DNA from: a virus
Lineage: Duplodnaviria > Caudoviricetes
Length of the DNA: 64,000 nt
Strand: one strand, 5' to 3'
Virus record (IMG/VR): IMGVR_UViG_2889436542_000005
Coordinates: 509 to 64,508 of that record
Part shown: positions 48,623 through 58,754 of the stretch, in pieces
Layout: each line of letters opens with the position of its first letter
Position numbering within the stretch: the first letter of the stretch is position 1
The notes under the pieces: model-generated
What the model was told of the DNA's origin: nothing
Seen by the model: only the letters and a program-made list of their open reading frames with translations
Database searches by the model: none
Program-made: the position numbers and the translations under genes

Positions 48623-49698
48623 TAACTTCTTCCAAGTTTTTTGCCTGTTGATAAGTAGCGGGCCAAGTAGCTCATTGCACGAGAAGAAACTGCCGTCTGA
48701 GCTGGAAGTACACTTGAGAACATCTGTTTTACTTCGCCGATAGTTTCAAGAATTAAACCCTGTCGCCTTCTATCTGCAATTGAATCAACCGTCAATACGT
48801 CGTCCGCTTCTGCAAGTTGAGCTTTCATCAAAGCATCTTTGAACTTCTGCGGGAGCTTTTCAAAGTCTTCAGGCTCTAAATCTTCAAGTTTTACTGAGTC
48901 GCCATAGACTCCGAAAATGTCACCAACTTTGACTGATCTCGGTTTCCCTGCGGCTTGAACGACATAATCTTGTTTGGACATATCAAGCTGTACAGTTCCG
49001 AAGTTGAAATTCAGTCTGCAAATATGAGCTTTAGCTTCCATCAAGGCCGAGATTCTCTGACTCTGCGGCATCAAATCCCAATTGCTGAGCTTTGACATAT
49101 CCATTGCCAGTCTCTGAGCTTGACGATAAGTCATGAAAGAGTTCACGCCGACAACAAGCGGGTCAGCAACGGTCAGTCCATATACATATTCGAGATTGAG
49201 AACGCCACCGCTTTCTGTCGTAACTTTGAGACAAATGATTCGGATATCACGACACACTTCTTCTGCCAGAGTGTTAATTTCGCCGTCAGTAAGAATGACT
49301 ACTTCAGAGATGTCTTCAGGCTCTTCTACAGGCTCATCTTCTGTTGGTTCGTCTTCCAAAGGAGGCTCTTCGTCACCCGCATCTTCCGTCTCATCTACTT
49401 CAACTTCGTCGCTTTGAGCAGAAATGTCTTCTGAGGGTTCTTCGGGTTCTGTAGACTCTTCAGGCTCTGTAGGTTCTGTTGGTTCCTCAGGCTCTTCGGG
49501 TTCTTCAGGCTCAACTGGCTCTACAGGCTCGGGATAGTCTTCGCCATCAGGAACATAAATCATCGGACCAAGAAGCTCATTGTTTTCCGAATCAATAATT
49601 CGATAAACAACCGACTTTACTCCGACAATTGGGTTTCCTGCGTCATCTTCTAATGCGATGACAGACTCAACTGTGTTTCCCGAGATGTATACGTTCAT
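48622..49698 (-). CDS. Head-tail connector-like protein with Pro-Glu low-complexity insert
   Basis: NSFMTY..A...AL.EA pattern; EPVEPVEPEEPEEP insert. Confidence 0.65.
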   Translation of the reverse strand: MNVYISGNTVESVIALEDDAGNPIVGVKSVVYRIIDSENNELLGPMIYVPDGEDYPEPVEPVEPEEPEEPEEPTEPTEPEESTEPEEPSEDISAQSDEVEVDETEDAGDEEPPLEDEPTEDEPVEEPEDISEVVILTDGEINTLAEEVCRDIRIICLKVTTESGGVLNLEYVYGLTVADPLVVGVNSFMTYRQAQRLAMDMSKLSNWDLMPQSQRISALMEAKAHICRLNFNFGTVQLDMSKQDYVVQAAGKPRSVKVGDIFGVYGDSVKLEDLEPEDFEKLPQKFKDALMKAQLAEADDVLTVDSIADRRRQGLILETIGEVKQMFSSVLPAQTAVSSRAMSYLARYLSTGKKLGRS

Positions 49699-50207
49699 TC
49701 TTTGCCAGCTACAGCGTATATTTTGTCAAGAAGTTTTCTGATAGAGGTATCTCGAATGCCTAACGGGGCGGCAATATCTCTTAAGCCGTTAATGCCCTTT
49801 TTGTCAGCAATTTCTTCCAGCTCTTCACGTGTGTAACGAACAATCACTTCAGGAACTTCTTCAGCAGGAGGCAGAACTTCAACAACCGTCTTTGTCGTTG
49901 CTTCTTTCGGTTTTTCTTCATGACGAATAAACACGGGGTGTTCCGCATCATTGCCGCCAACAACTTCTGTTCTTACAAACACATCGGCAGTTACACGTCC
50001 AATTGGAGCTTGAATTGCTGAGTTATCAACAATACGAGAAACTTTAGAATCGTCTTCCCAAGCGCAAGACATAATCGCCGAGAGTTTCACTGCTTCGTTC
50101 TGAGTGACGTCTCTAGCGGATACGCCTTTTACAAAGGGAATGGTTAAAAGATGACCTGTATAGTTTTTCAGACCATCTTGCGTCAGTTTCAGTTTCATAC
50201 TGCTCAT
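49695..50207 (-). CDS. Capsid-associated hypothetical protein
   Basis: Follows the MCP; small C-terminal helical domain YTREELEEIADKKGINGLRDIA. Confidence 0.6.
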   Translation of the reverse strand: MSSMKLKLTQDGLKNYTGHLLTIPFVKGVSARDVTQNEAVKLSAIMSCAWEDDSKVSRIVDNSAIQAPIGRVTADVFVRTEVVGGNDAEHPVFIRHEEKPKEATTKTVVEVLPPAEEVPEVIVRYTREELEEIADKKGINGLRDIAAPLGIRDTSIRKLLDKIYAVAGKE

Positions 50208-50208
50208 T

Positions 50209-50234
50209 CAAATAAAGGCGGGAAGTTTCCCGCC
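50209..50234 (-). terminator. Rho-independent terminator after the major capsid gene
   Basis: GGCGGGAA-AC-TTCCCGCC followed by TTTATTT on the minus strand. Confidence 0.85.
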
Positions 50235-50260
50235 CTTTTCATTGGATAACTTCTTAAACG

Positions 50261-51151
50261 TTAGGCGCCAGCGCCGATCTGAACGTTCTTAAGGCAGGCA
50301 AGACTCTTAGTGGACTTAAGAGCAAGGCCGCAATACCATTTCAGACGTGTACGAATAGCGTCTTTGTTCTGAACAGTGCCAAGATTTTCAACGACGATAC
50401 CAGCGTTATCGCCACCAAACAGACCATGGAGACCATCCAGTTCGTTTGCGCGAATGGCATAAATCTGGCAAGTTCCGTCTTCGCCCATCGGGATAAACTC
50501 GTTCATGAGAATCGGCATTCCCTGATGAACCAGCATCGGATGACCGAAAGCAGGAAGCATCTGCATTACAGCGTCAGTGCCAGAAGTAGCACGAAGAATC
50601 TGACGATAAGCACGAATTGTCGGACGGTTCATAACCAGAATATCCGCACCATTCGGTACTTTATCCAGAAGTTCGTCAAGCATTGCAAAGTTAAGAGCAG
50701 AGGCTTTACCGTCAATTGTCTGATCGGATGTAACGAGTTTTGCCACGCCGTCAAACTGTTTTGCGTTAACGGCAGAGTCGCCCTGAATCAGCACCTTGCT
50801 GAATTCACGACCCATACCTTTTGCCTTCTTAGCAATCTGAATGGCAAGCTGATTATTGTGATCAGACTGTGTTGTCTGAAGGAATTTATCCACGTCAACG
50901 TCGCCAATCAGAATACGAAGTTTGGCAACAACTTCAGTGAATGTAGAAGCAGATTCGTTCACGACTTCATTTGGGTCTAACCAATCTGCGCCAGCAAGTG
51001 TGTTTTCACGGTTGTAGACATAAGCCTTGCCGTTAACACGAGTAAAAGGAAGAACGGAGAAAAGATCGTCCCGTTCAATAATTTCGTCAATTACGCCAGA
51101 AATAAGCTGATTATTAGAAAGCTTTTCGGACTCAGCACGAAGTAAAGGCAT
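50261..51151 (-). CDS. Major capsid protein
   Basis: 296 aa after the scaffold; GDVDVDKF, FDGV, RTRLKWYCGLAL; own promoter and terminator. Confidence 0.9.
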   Translation of the reverse strand: MPLLRAESEKLSNNQLISGVIDEIIERDDLFSVLPFTRVNGKAYVYNRENTLAGADWLDPNEVVNESASTFTEVVAKLRILIGDVDVDKFLQTTQSDHNNQLAIQIAKKAKGMGREFSKVLIQGDSAVNAKQFDGVAKLVTSDQTIDGKASALNFAMLDELLDKVPNGADILVMNRPTIRAYRQILRATSGTDAVMQMLPAFGHPMLVHQGMPILMNEFIPMGEDGTCQIYAIRANELDGLHGLFGGDNAGIVVENLGTVQNKDAIRTRLKWYCGLALKSTKSLACLKNVQIGAGA

Positions 51152-51309
51152 TTTTATTATTTTCCTTAAAAAGACTTGTTTGGTCTTTGCCTATTTCGCT
51201 TTAGGTCGAGACTGATTTTTCAGGGTCAACACCTGAACAGACTGTGGTCTAAATCCGTTCAGAAGTAGACCCTGTGTGAAAGAATTATGCGTCAGCATAA
51301 TTATAGGGT

Positions 51310-51350
51310 AACTATACCACAAAACATTTAATTTGTCAAGTGGTATAGTT
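51310..51350 (-). promoter_or_regulatory. Capsid promoter flanked by an 11-bp inverted repeat
   Basis: TTGACA-N17-TATAGT with extended -10 TG; aactataccac (51310-51320) / gtggtatagtt (51340-51350). Confidence 0.8.
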
Positions 51351-51365
51351 GATTTTAAACAAAAT

Positions 51366-52208
51366 TTATTTAATTAAGCTAAGACCCTTAAGAATCTTAT
51401 CCTGTGCAGTTGTTCCCTGCTGAGGTGGTACAGCAGAACTCATCTTTGAAGAAGAACCTGCGCCAGCTTTCATTTTCGATTTCATCATAGATTCTGCATC
51501 GGGGTCGGCTTCAACAATCTTAGCCAATGCCGCATCAAATGGAAGATTGTTCCCATACTGATCAATGTAAGCGGTGCGTCCCTTCTGTCCGCGAGGTTTG
51601 TCGTAGCCGACAACCTGACCGTCAACCAGATCAAAGTATTCGCCATAGACAATGCGTGTTTTGCTCGGTGTCAAAACAAGTTCTTTAGCGATGTACTGAG
51701 AGTTGTTGAACTGAGCGCCGATAGTCAGCTCAACAATCTGTTTCTGACTGGATTCGTACTGAGCACTGACTTCGCTGAGCTTTTTCTGAATTTCGCCCAT
51801 TGCTTTGGCGTGGTCTTCGCTCATCTGTTTTTTGAGTTTATCCCATTCGCCTTTCGCTTCGAGTTCTTTCTTCTGCTTGTCTTCCTCTGCATGAATCATG
51901 CTTGCGAGTTTTTCCAAGCCACCGAGACTTTCAATTGCTTCAACAGTCTTCTTGAGTTCAGCAATCTCAGCCTTAGCAGAGGTCAGCTCCTCTTTCTTCT
52001 TCATGATGTCTTTGAGAAGTTTATGATCGGCTTCGCTCATGCCATGCTTCTGTTCATCAGTTTTTTTGGTTTCGTCAACCTTAACAGGCTTTTCCTGTTT
52101 GGCAGACTGAGCTTCCTCAACTGTAGTCTGCGCATTCTGAGTTTCAGAAACTGTTGTTTCAGAGGAAGTACCGTCGCTTCCAGCAAAAATCTTAAATTTT
52201 GTAGTCAT
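51366..52208 (-). CDS. Capsid scaffolding protein
   Basis: Charged coiled coil between portal and capsid; GAGS linker. Confidence 0.85.
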   Translation of the reverse strand: MTTKFKIFAGSDGTSSETTVSETQNAQTTVEEAQSAKQEKPVKVDETKKTDEQKHGMSEADHKLLKDIMKKKEELTSAKAEIAELKKTVEAIESLGGLEKLASMIHAEEDKQKKELEAKGEWDKLKKQMSEDHAKAMGEIQKKLSEVSAQYESSQKQIVELTIGAQFNNSQYIAKELVLTPSKTRIVYGEYFDLVDGQVVGYDKPRGQKGRTAYIDQYGNNLPFDAALAKIVEADPDAESMMKSKMKAGAGSSSKMSSAVPPQQGTTAQDKILKGLSLIK

Positions 52209-52240
52209 TGTTTTCCTTGTCGATTCTCTTCGACTTTTTG

Positions 52241-53926
52241 TTATTCAGTATCTTTGGTAACTTGCCCTTGACGCCTATTGGCTATGGGACGTTTTTCATC
52301 AATTGCAGAACCGTCTGCATCTCTCGTCGCATCACCTCTTCCGCTCTGAGTCTTATAGATGGTGTGCGTCGGGTCTCTTAAATTATTAGAAGCTGTTCTG
52401 AGTGTTGGAGAGTTGTTCATCAAATCTTCAACGGAAAGCGGCCATTCTTTTAACTCGCTTTCGATTTTATTTCTCACTTCCTTCTTCAAGAGGGGGAACA
52501 GTTTTGTAATCAATGAGCGCATCTGCTCACGCCGCAAGGTGTCAGGAGCATCAATCAGCATCAAGCGAGAGGCAATGTCGAACTCGTCATAAAGTCCACG
52601 AGTATCAAAATTGTCGGGATAGCACACGATTCTCTTGTGGTCGCTAGCCTCGCTGTCAACTGCTTCACCGCACCAAAGTGCCACAATTTTGACAATCTTG
52701 TTTTCAATCACTTCAAGACTGTCCGCCTTTGCTGTAAGCAAGGCATTCACACGTTCAAAGTCGTATGCTTTCGCCACGCCTGAACTGTTATCTTTACTCA
52801 CCGCATTGTCTTTGTTCGTTCTTTCGCTTGAGAGACCTACAGTGTGATAAATCTCGCTGACAATGCGATTCACAACTTCTAAAATCAACTGAGCCTGTTT
52901 AGGGTCAGGAGAAATGTATTCAGGGGCTTTAGAAGAACCATCCGTAACATACGTGAAGATTCTCTTAGTGCCCATTTCAATTAGTTTGTCTTGCGCTTCT
53001 TGATCTGCGCCGATTGCCGAAGTCGGCATGATTAACTGAGAGAAGGTCTGATCTTGAATGATAGCGTCCAAGTTCGACAGATAGTTGGCGGTAGCCCTAT
53101 CTAAGAACGCAATGTCATTCAGCATACTTGGAGAGCCGTATTCTTCGTCAGACAAAAGATTGTCGGCAAGAACTACAGGGACCATGCCCAAATTGTGACT
53201 TCCCTGATCGATCAGCTCAACTGCGCCACGTTTATTGGTTGAAAACAGCATCCAGGCTTCTTTTGTCCATAGACGATATTGAAAGCTTTCTTCGCCGCTG
53301 GACTTAAACGGGTCGTCGTCATCACGAACCGCTTCACGAATCAAAATCCAACGCAATTCGCCCGTATTATCAAAAGAATAGTCAAGCATCTGTTGCGGCG
53401 TGACGATGTATGCATAGGGATGAACCTCGTTCTTTCTTTCATCAGCCTTAGACAAAACGCCCTCAGTAACGCTCTCGTTATCGATGACGATACCAATGCG
53501 CCCGTAAATTGACGTATTCTTAGCAACCTGCTTTGCCAAATCGTTGATATCTGCGCCAAATTTTGTCGATTTCTTCCAAAAGTGCTTCACACATTCGGGA
53601 GCATCTTCGCTTCGATCGACATTCTGCTTGAACAGATACTTTGTGACCAAATCCACCACTTCACGAGAGTGGTTGAATCTATAGGCCCTTTCCTGTCGAT
53701 CTTCAAAGTCTTTTGTGCCCTCTTTGATGTATTTGAAGATATTGTCTTCAAACCACTTTCTACCACCGTGGTACGTGTCTTCAAAGAAGTTCCAGTCAAT
53801 CAGTCTTTCTTCGTACTGAGGATGTCTTCGGGAAATGAGACGCTTATAAGGATTATTTTCGTTGGTTGTCGTAGCTTGCGGGTCAATGTAAGTTACGCTT
53901 CCAGCTTGTTCAAAATTATTAGTCAT
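52241..53926 (-). CDS. Portal protein
   Basis: 561 aa directly after the terminase; YHGG, RAYRFN, SGVAKAYDF. Confidence 0.88.
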   Translation of the reverse strand: MTNNFEQAGSVTYIDPQATTTNENNPYKRLISRRHPQYEERLIDWNFFEDTYHGGRKWFEDNIFKYIKEGTKDFEDRQERAYRFNHSREVVDLVTKYLFKQNVDRSEDAPECVKHFWKKSTKFGADINDLAKQVAKNTSIYGRIGIVIDNESVTEGVLSKADERKNEVHPYAYIVTPQQMLDYSFDNTGELRWILIREAVRDDDDPFKSSGEESFQYRLWTKEAWMLFSTNKRGAVELIDQGSHNLGMVPVVLADNLLSDEEYGSPSMLNDIAFLDRATANYLSNLDAIIQDQTFSQLIMPTSAIGADQEAQDKLIEMGTKRIFTYVTDGSSKAPEYISPDPKQAQLILEVVNRIVSEIYHTVGLSSERTNKDNAVSKDNSSGVAKAYDFERVNALLTAKADSLEVIENKIVKIVALWCGEAVDSEASDHKRIVCYPDNFDTRGLYDEFDIASRLMLIDAPDTLRREQMRSLITKLFPLLKKEVRNKIESELKEWPLSVEDLMNNSPTLRTASNNLRDPTHTIYKTQSGRGDATRDADGSAIDEKRPIANRRQGQVTKDTE

Positions 53927-53928
53927 TT

Positions 53929-56496
53929 TTACCTAGAATAGCCAGCAACTTTAAGTTTCTTGAGCGGATACTCGATTTCAATCGCATATCCGAGGGCATC
54001 AGCACAGTGTTCAATGTTGGCCGATTTATCAATATCTCTTGAACCCTCGATATAAAGTGTTTGTTCGAGAGCATTAATTAAGTGCGTGCAGGACGGGTCA
54101 ACAAACAAACGAATCTTTCCCTCTGCACTCATAAGCATTCGGTTTACGCAGTTCACTCTGTCCGCAATCGGCGGATGCTGTCTGCGATATTTGATTCGAT
54201 CAAAGCCATGTTCCCTGAGAATATCAATATCAGTTTCACCTCGTGCATGCTGTCTTGCGCCGCCCGCAGGGTCAGGGTATAGAGTAATTCTGTCTTGCCA
54301 ACGGTAATACTTCTGCTCAATAGCCTGAGCCATTTCTTCTGTATTCGATGCGATTTTCACGATTTCGCCTACGGCCCAAAGTTCTCCATTTGCTTGAGGC
54401 TGAAGAATTACAGTAGACATTGGGTCAATATTGAAGTCCATGCCAACCCAAATCGGCAAACCTGGATTAAACGGGCATCGTCTAATGTGCACTGCACGGG
54501 AAAACGGGTAGTAAACACGCCCCGCCATAGATTCAAAAGAATTGAAGTTGTTCGTCCCATCAGCTAACAGATAAGAATGATCTGGACTATCGACTGTAAT
54601 GTTCCAGACTTCTTGTTCTTCTGAGAGTTTCTTGTCAAGAATTTCAAGTCTCAGCAGTTGTCTTTCTTCAGACCATCTTGTCTTTAACCATTCACTAATG
54701 GCAGGGAAAGAGTGACCTGCGTTAATTTTGCGACCCGCTTTAATTCGGTTATACAGGGCGCTAGCGCCTGAATACGTCAAACCAAGTCTCTTGCCGATGT
54801 CCCTAAAAGTCTCGCCTTTTTCGACTCCCTGTAAAACAGTATCAATACGACTTTGAGCCATACATTTTTCGGCTCGAATGTATTGAGAGAACAACCACCC
54901 TAATTTGGCTTTTTCATCACAATACACAAACGAAACGTTCTCATAGAAATCTAAGATGCTGTTGGAAGCAATTCTGAGAACGTAATTCGTATGTGTTTTA
55001 CAGCTTGGAACATTGTTGATAGTAACCGTTGTCTCAATTCCCAAATCTTTCGCCAAGTTCTGCAAACTCTTGAAGAACGTCATTCCGTCAACGCCCTTTA
55101 ATTTGGCCATCATTAAACAAGGCTGTCGGCCCTTCTTTGTACATGCTCCTAAAACTGTAGGTGTTGCGCCTTCTGCTCCAAAAAGCGCACCAAGATATGC
55201 TCTCTTAATACCCTTTGTTCCGTTCTTAATCCATTCGGGAACGTCGAATACCTGAGCCGTCTTCTTGCCCAACGGAGCGCCAAGACTAACGAGCCTTGCA
55301 GAATCAGACTGACTAATTTGAATCTGATAACCGCAATCACGTTCAAGCTTAGTCTTCTTCATACAAACCGTTGCGCCTATGGCTAAACCAACATAATTTA
55401 AGCTCTGAAGAATCTTGTCTAAATCACTTTCAACGTTGCTATAAAAAGCTCCGCCTAAACGATGATATTCGCTCACTTCTCCGTTAGCTTTGGTGTAACG
55501 GTCAGTCTTTTCTACCAAGGTACCGTCGCCAGTGTTGTAGCCAACTAAGGCGGCATAGTGCTCTTCAGGAGTCGTTGGTCTCCAAATAACAGGATTTCGC
55601 TCAATGTTATTCAGAACGTCAAACCTCACCTCTTCATTCGCAAACTTAAATTTGTGATGGGCACTTGCTCGAACAACTTCACCTGTTTCAAGAACGGCTG
55701 AAATAATCTTCTTCGAGCCAGTCACGCCGACAGCCGTCACATAGCAAGGTACTCTTCTGCCATCATCCTGAAGGTGAACAAGTTCGTCCCACTTCTCAAC
55801 GTCTTTAATTGCTTTGCTTCCGCCATCCCAAAGTTGAACTTTAGTATTGGGGAGGTGACAAGCCAAAAATTCTTGACGAAATGACTTCTCGTCCATATCT
55901 TTTTTGGCCGCTTCTAACTCTGCTAACGGAATAAACGGAGAAGTGAGGGTGGGAAACTGCCAAGACTTCCAATCCTTGGCGCCTCCAGGCTGACCTAATT
56001 TGTAGGCCTTATAAAGAACGTTGTAACTTTTTGGAGTTCCAATAAATAAACACCACCCCTTTTTATCGGCTAACGTTGGACGAAGAACCTGAGTCCAGGT
56101 CTCTTCTCGCATATCTTGATACTCGTCAAGAATCAATCCGTGTAAGCCGACACCTCGAAGCGAATCTGGCTTATCTGCGCCCTTCAATTCAATTTTTGAA
56201 CCGTTGACAAGCTCCACCATCATATTGGTTTCATTCATTCTTAAAATCCAATCTTTGGGCAAAGCGTCAAGAAGGTCTCCCCACATAATTTGCTTAGCCA
56301 TTCGATAAGTCGGAGCCACATACCAAATTTTCTGATTGGGTTTAGTTGCATGGGCAATCATTTCCATACGAGAAAGGTACGACTTGCCCCATCTTCTTCC
56401 CGCCACCACAACCCTAAAACGATGGGTGTCTTGATAAACCTCCATCTGTTTGGGATGAAGTGAAAGACTAATTCTTCGCTTTTCTTTACCCATCAA
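53929..56496 (-). CDS. terL: Terminase large subunit with intein
   Basis: VVAGRRWGKS, YVAPTYRMAK, LILDE, GTP, GMDFN, DPAG, EHCADALGY. Confidence 0.95.
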   Translation of the reverse strand: MMGKEKRRISLSLHPKQMEVYQDTHRFRVVVAGRRWGKSYLSRMEMIAHATKPNQKIWYVAPTYRMAKQIMWGDLLDALPKDWILRMNETNMMVELVNGSKIELKGADKPDSLRGVGLHGLILDEYQDMREETWTQVLRPTLADKKGWCLFIGTPKSYNVLYKAYKLGQPGGAKDWKSWQFPTLTSPFIPLAELEAAKKDMDEKSFRQEFLACHLPNTKVQLWDGGSKAIKDVEKWDELVHLQDDGRRVPCYVTAVGVTGSKKIISAVLETGEVVRASAHHKFKFANEEVRFDVLNNIERNPVIWRPTTPEEHYAALVGYNTGDGTLVEKTDRYTKANGEVSEYHRLGGAFYSNVESDLDKILQSLNYVGLAIGATVCMKKTKLERDCGYQIQISQSDSARLVSLGAPLGKKTAQVFDVPEWIKNGTKGIKRAYLGALFGAEGATPTVLGACTKKGRQPCLMMAKLKGVDGMTFFKSLQNLAKDLGIETTVTINNVPSCKTHTNYVLRIASNSILDFYENVSFVYCDEKAKLGWLFSQYIRAEKCMAQSRIDTVLQGVEKGETFRDIGKRLGLTYSGASALYNRIKAGRKINAGHSFPAISEWLKTRWSEERQLLRLEILDKKLSEEQEVWNITVDSPDHSYLLADGTNNFNSFESMAGRVYYPFSRAVHIRRCPFNPGLPIWVGMDFNIDPMSTVILQPQANGELWAVGEIVKIASNTEEMAQAIEQKYYRWQDRITLYPDPAGGARQHARGETDIDILREHGFDRIKYRRQHPPIADRVNCVNRMLMSAEGKIRLFVDPSCTHLINALEQTLYIEGSRDIDKSANIEHCADALGYAIEIEYPLKKLKVAGYSR
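54541..55860 (-). mobile_element. Intein (440 aa) with LAGLIDADG homing endonuclease in terL
   Basis: QEFLA|CHLPNTKV...YLLADGTNNFN|SFES; LVGYNTGDG and YLGALFGAEG motifs. Confidence 0.92.
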
Positions 56497-56729
56497 AAAA
56501 CACCCTTGAATGGATACGTTATCGTCTCAACAAACTCACCAAATAGCGAATCTCTCTTAGAACGAGAACGGGAGTAAGAACAAGAGTAAAGATATGCCTC
56601 ATACGCTCTTAGGTCACGTTCTATTCTGTCCAACTTCTCTAGTAGTACTCTCTTTTCTTCTTTCTTAGCCAGCTCCATTTCTTTCTGCTTGAGTTCTTCT
56701 TCCTTGACCTTCAGTTCTTCTTCTGTCAT
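56493..56729 (-). CDS. Small coiled-coil hypothetical protein
   Basis: 78 aa coupled between the terS candidate and terL. Confidence 0.55.
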   Translation of the reverse strand: MTEEELKVKEEELKQKEMELAKKEEKRVLLEKLDRIERDLRAYEAYLYSCSYSRSRSKRDSLFGEFVETITYPFKGVF

Positions 56730-57400
56730 TCTTCGTCACCTATGATGTCGTCAGGTGCTTGTGTGTCTATAAGATTGCTATTTCTCTGAGCAAATTGTTT
56801 GTTCAGTTCTTCATCAGGCAGTTCAAGCGAATCTTCTTCCTGATAATTTCTAATCTGCTCAATCTGATCTGCGGTCAGTTCAGTCAGCACAAGTTCTGGC
56901 AGTGCATCAGTATTCTTATCATCTTTATCAAGACCGAGCACTGTCCAGCGTTCAGCCCTTGTTACTGCAAGGGTTTTTGCGGCCAACTCCAAGGCTTTCA
57001 AGTTTGCCGCAATTGTTGAAAAAGGCTTTCCGTTTTGTTTGCAAAGCGCTACTTCAGACCAAGTAAGCTTTGCAAGACCCATGGACATTTTGTAATGCTC
57101 TTCCTTGGTTTCACGAATGCGAGAAGCAACCAGGGTGGCTTCCTGTTCAGCCATGGTTTTTGCTTTGTTCATGGCTGACTTTTGAACTTCATCAGCTCTT
57201 GCGCCCTTAATCAAGCCATGATTTTTGATATATGAGTCCACCACTGGGCGATCTACTCCAAGTTCTTTCGCTATGTCTGCGGCAGTAAATTCGCCAGTGT
57301 CGTACAAAGCCCGCAGTCGTCTCTTTTGAGAGGCGTTTAGACTTCTTGACGACGACTTTGATTTTGTCGTCTCTTTAGTTTCTTTTTCTTCGACTTCCAT
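56726..57400 (-). CDS. Terminase small subunit candidate (N-terminal HTH)
   Basis: LYDTGEFTAADIAKELGV HTH, helical body, upstream of terL. Confidence 0.7.
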   Translation of the reverse strand: MEVEEKETKETTKSKSSSRSLNASQKRRLRALYDTGEFTAADIAKELGVDRPVVDSYIKNHGLIKGARADEVQKSAMNKAKTMAEQEATLVASRIRETKEEHYKMSMGLAKLTWSEVALCKQNGKPFSTIAANLKALELAAKTLAVTRAERWTVLGLDKDDKNTDALPELVLTELTADQIEQIRNYQEEDSLELPDEELNKQFAQRNSNLIDTQAPDDIIGDEE

Positions 57401-57441
57401 TTCTTATTGTTGTTATTCAGTGTCTCTTCTTTCTTAGAACC

Positions 57442-57837
57442 CTAAGAAATTTCAACATCGTCGATCAGATCTAAAAGTTCACTCTCCTCTTGAGAAAAAA
57501 TAAACTTCTTAGCTTGTTCTTCTGTCGCTTTTTCTTCATATGCAAATCCCATATTCGCATAACAATGTTCGCCATAAGGAGTAACGTCAATAAGCTGACA
57601 CTGACTTTCTTGAAAATTGATTCGAGCAATTTTCACCCCTTCTGGAACTGGAATTTTGGTTAAACAAAGCCTTTTAATCAAATACCGAACAGAAAAAGCA
57701 AGCGCGTGAATCGTTGGCTTCCAGGGAAGCGCTTCTGCCAGCTCCTTTTTATAGGGCGGTCTTCCATTCTCTTTCTTGAACTGCTGAATGGTTTCAATTA
57801 TCACCTTCTGTTTTTCGGTAAGGTGCATGAAAAGCAT
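57442..57837 (-). CDS. Winged-helix regulator, LexA DNA-binding-domain-like, no peptidase domain
   Basis: LTEKQKVII..I.......GRPP..KELAEAL. Confidence 0.65.
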   Translation of the reverse strand: MLFMHLTEKQKVIIETIQQFKKENGRPPYKKELAEALPWKPTIHALAFSVRYLIKRLCLTKIPVPEGVKIARINFQESQCQLIDVTPYGEHCYANMGFAYEEKATEEQAKKFIFSQEESELLDLIDDVEIS

Positions 57838-58754
57838 CAGAGCTTCTCCGTTAAAGTCTTTAGAACCTCAAGGTCTAAAGGCTCGTCCAGGCGATGATGG
57901 TCAAAGGCGGAAATTGGGATTCTTTCAGGGAGGTCAGTTCTTCCCTTATCAGGATTAAAGTAAACTCCATACAGAGGAAAAGCGAAAACCAACTGTTGGG
58001 TGTTTTTGATTAATTTAGCAACCTTCAAAGAGTCAACTCTTGTTCTGCCACGCAAGCGGTTGTCCCCATTCTTTTCCATTGAAGAATGCTTGTAATAAAA
58101 GGTTCGCATCTCTTCAATGCACTTTGCTCGCTCAAACTCGTTCATCTCATTGAGTTCTTGATACACGGCGACAAAATCAGCAGGAATGCAGTTAAACCAG
58201 CGTCTAAACCACTTCAGTCCAGCTTCGTAATTGGACGTTCTCTTGGGCGGCGCAAATACAACTCCCGCTTTCTGAGCAAAGGGATTAAAACGAGACATTG
58301 AACTCTGAAACTCAACAAAGTCCACGCCAGTCATGCGCATCATGATGTTCTGCATTCTATAAGCAATGCCCACACCACGATACATAGTGTCCAAAACCAA
58401 TCGGGAATTAGTACACGTGTGATGATTAATCCAAATTGCTCTATGTCGGTTAATCAGTCGATTGTCTCTTCCGTTTGCGTTGGGCTTGAGATGCGTAAAC
58501 AACTCGTTACGCCCTGCAAGTGTCATGCGAGGAACCGTCATAACTCCAACGCCGATAAGCTGATCGCCAAGCATACAGCGGTAAAAGCGAGGACCAATGC
58601 CCAAGACTTCAGCTTTGTAGTGCAAAGCATGAAGTTCATTCCAATCGTTTATGTCGCCCCTTTCAACGTAAATGTGATCTATCAGCGACAAACGAGGATG
58701 CTCAGGCACCTTTCGTCTTTCAATAAATGCGTCGGAGTTATCAAGCAAAATCAT
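57837..58754 (-). CDS. GNAT-like acetyltransferase
   Basis: SRLVLDTMYRGVGIA (RxxxxxxYRGxG acetyl-CoA motif); MSRFNPFAQKAG. Confidence 0.7.
   Translation of the reverse strand: MILLDNSDAFIERRKVPEHPRLSLIDHIYVERGDINDWNELHALHYKAEVLGIGPRFYRCMLGDQLIGVGVMTVPRMTLAGRNELFTHLKPNANGRDNRLINRHRAIWINHHTCTNSRLVLDTMYRGVGIAYRMQNIMMRMTGVDFVEFQSSMSRFNPFAQKAGVVFAPPKRTSNYEAGLKWFRRWFNCIPADFVAVYQELNEMNEFERAKCIEEMRTFYYKHSSMEKNGDNRLRGRTRVDSLKVAKLIKNTQQLVFAFPLYGVYFNPDKGRTDLPERIPISAFDHHRLDEPLDLEVLKTLTEKL

Noticed and set aside
49380-49545. CRISPR-like or VNTR repeat
   Set aside because: Degenerate codon repeats encoding a Pro-Glu linker inside a CDS; no repeat-spacer structure. No CRISPR array seen anywhere in the window.
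51180-51300. c-di-GMP or other known riboswitch in the capsid leader
   Set aside because: Stems are present but I could not place the conserved nucleotides of any known class.
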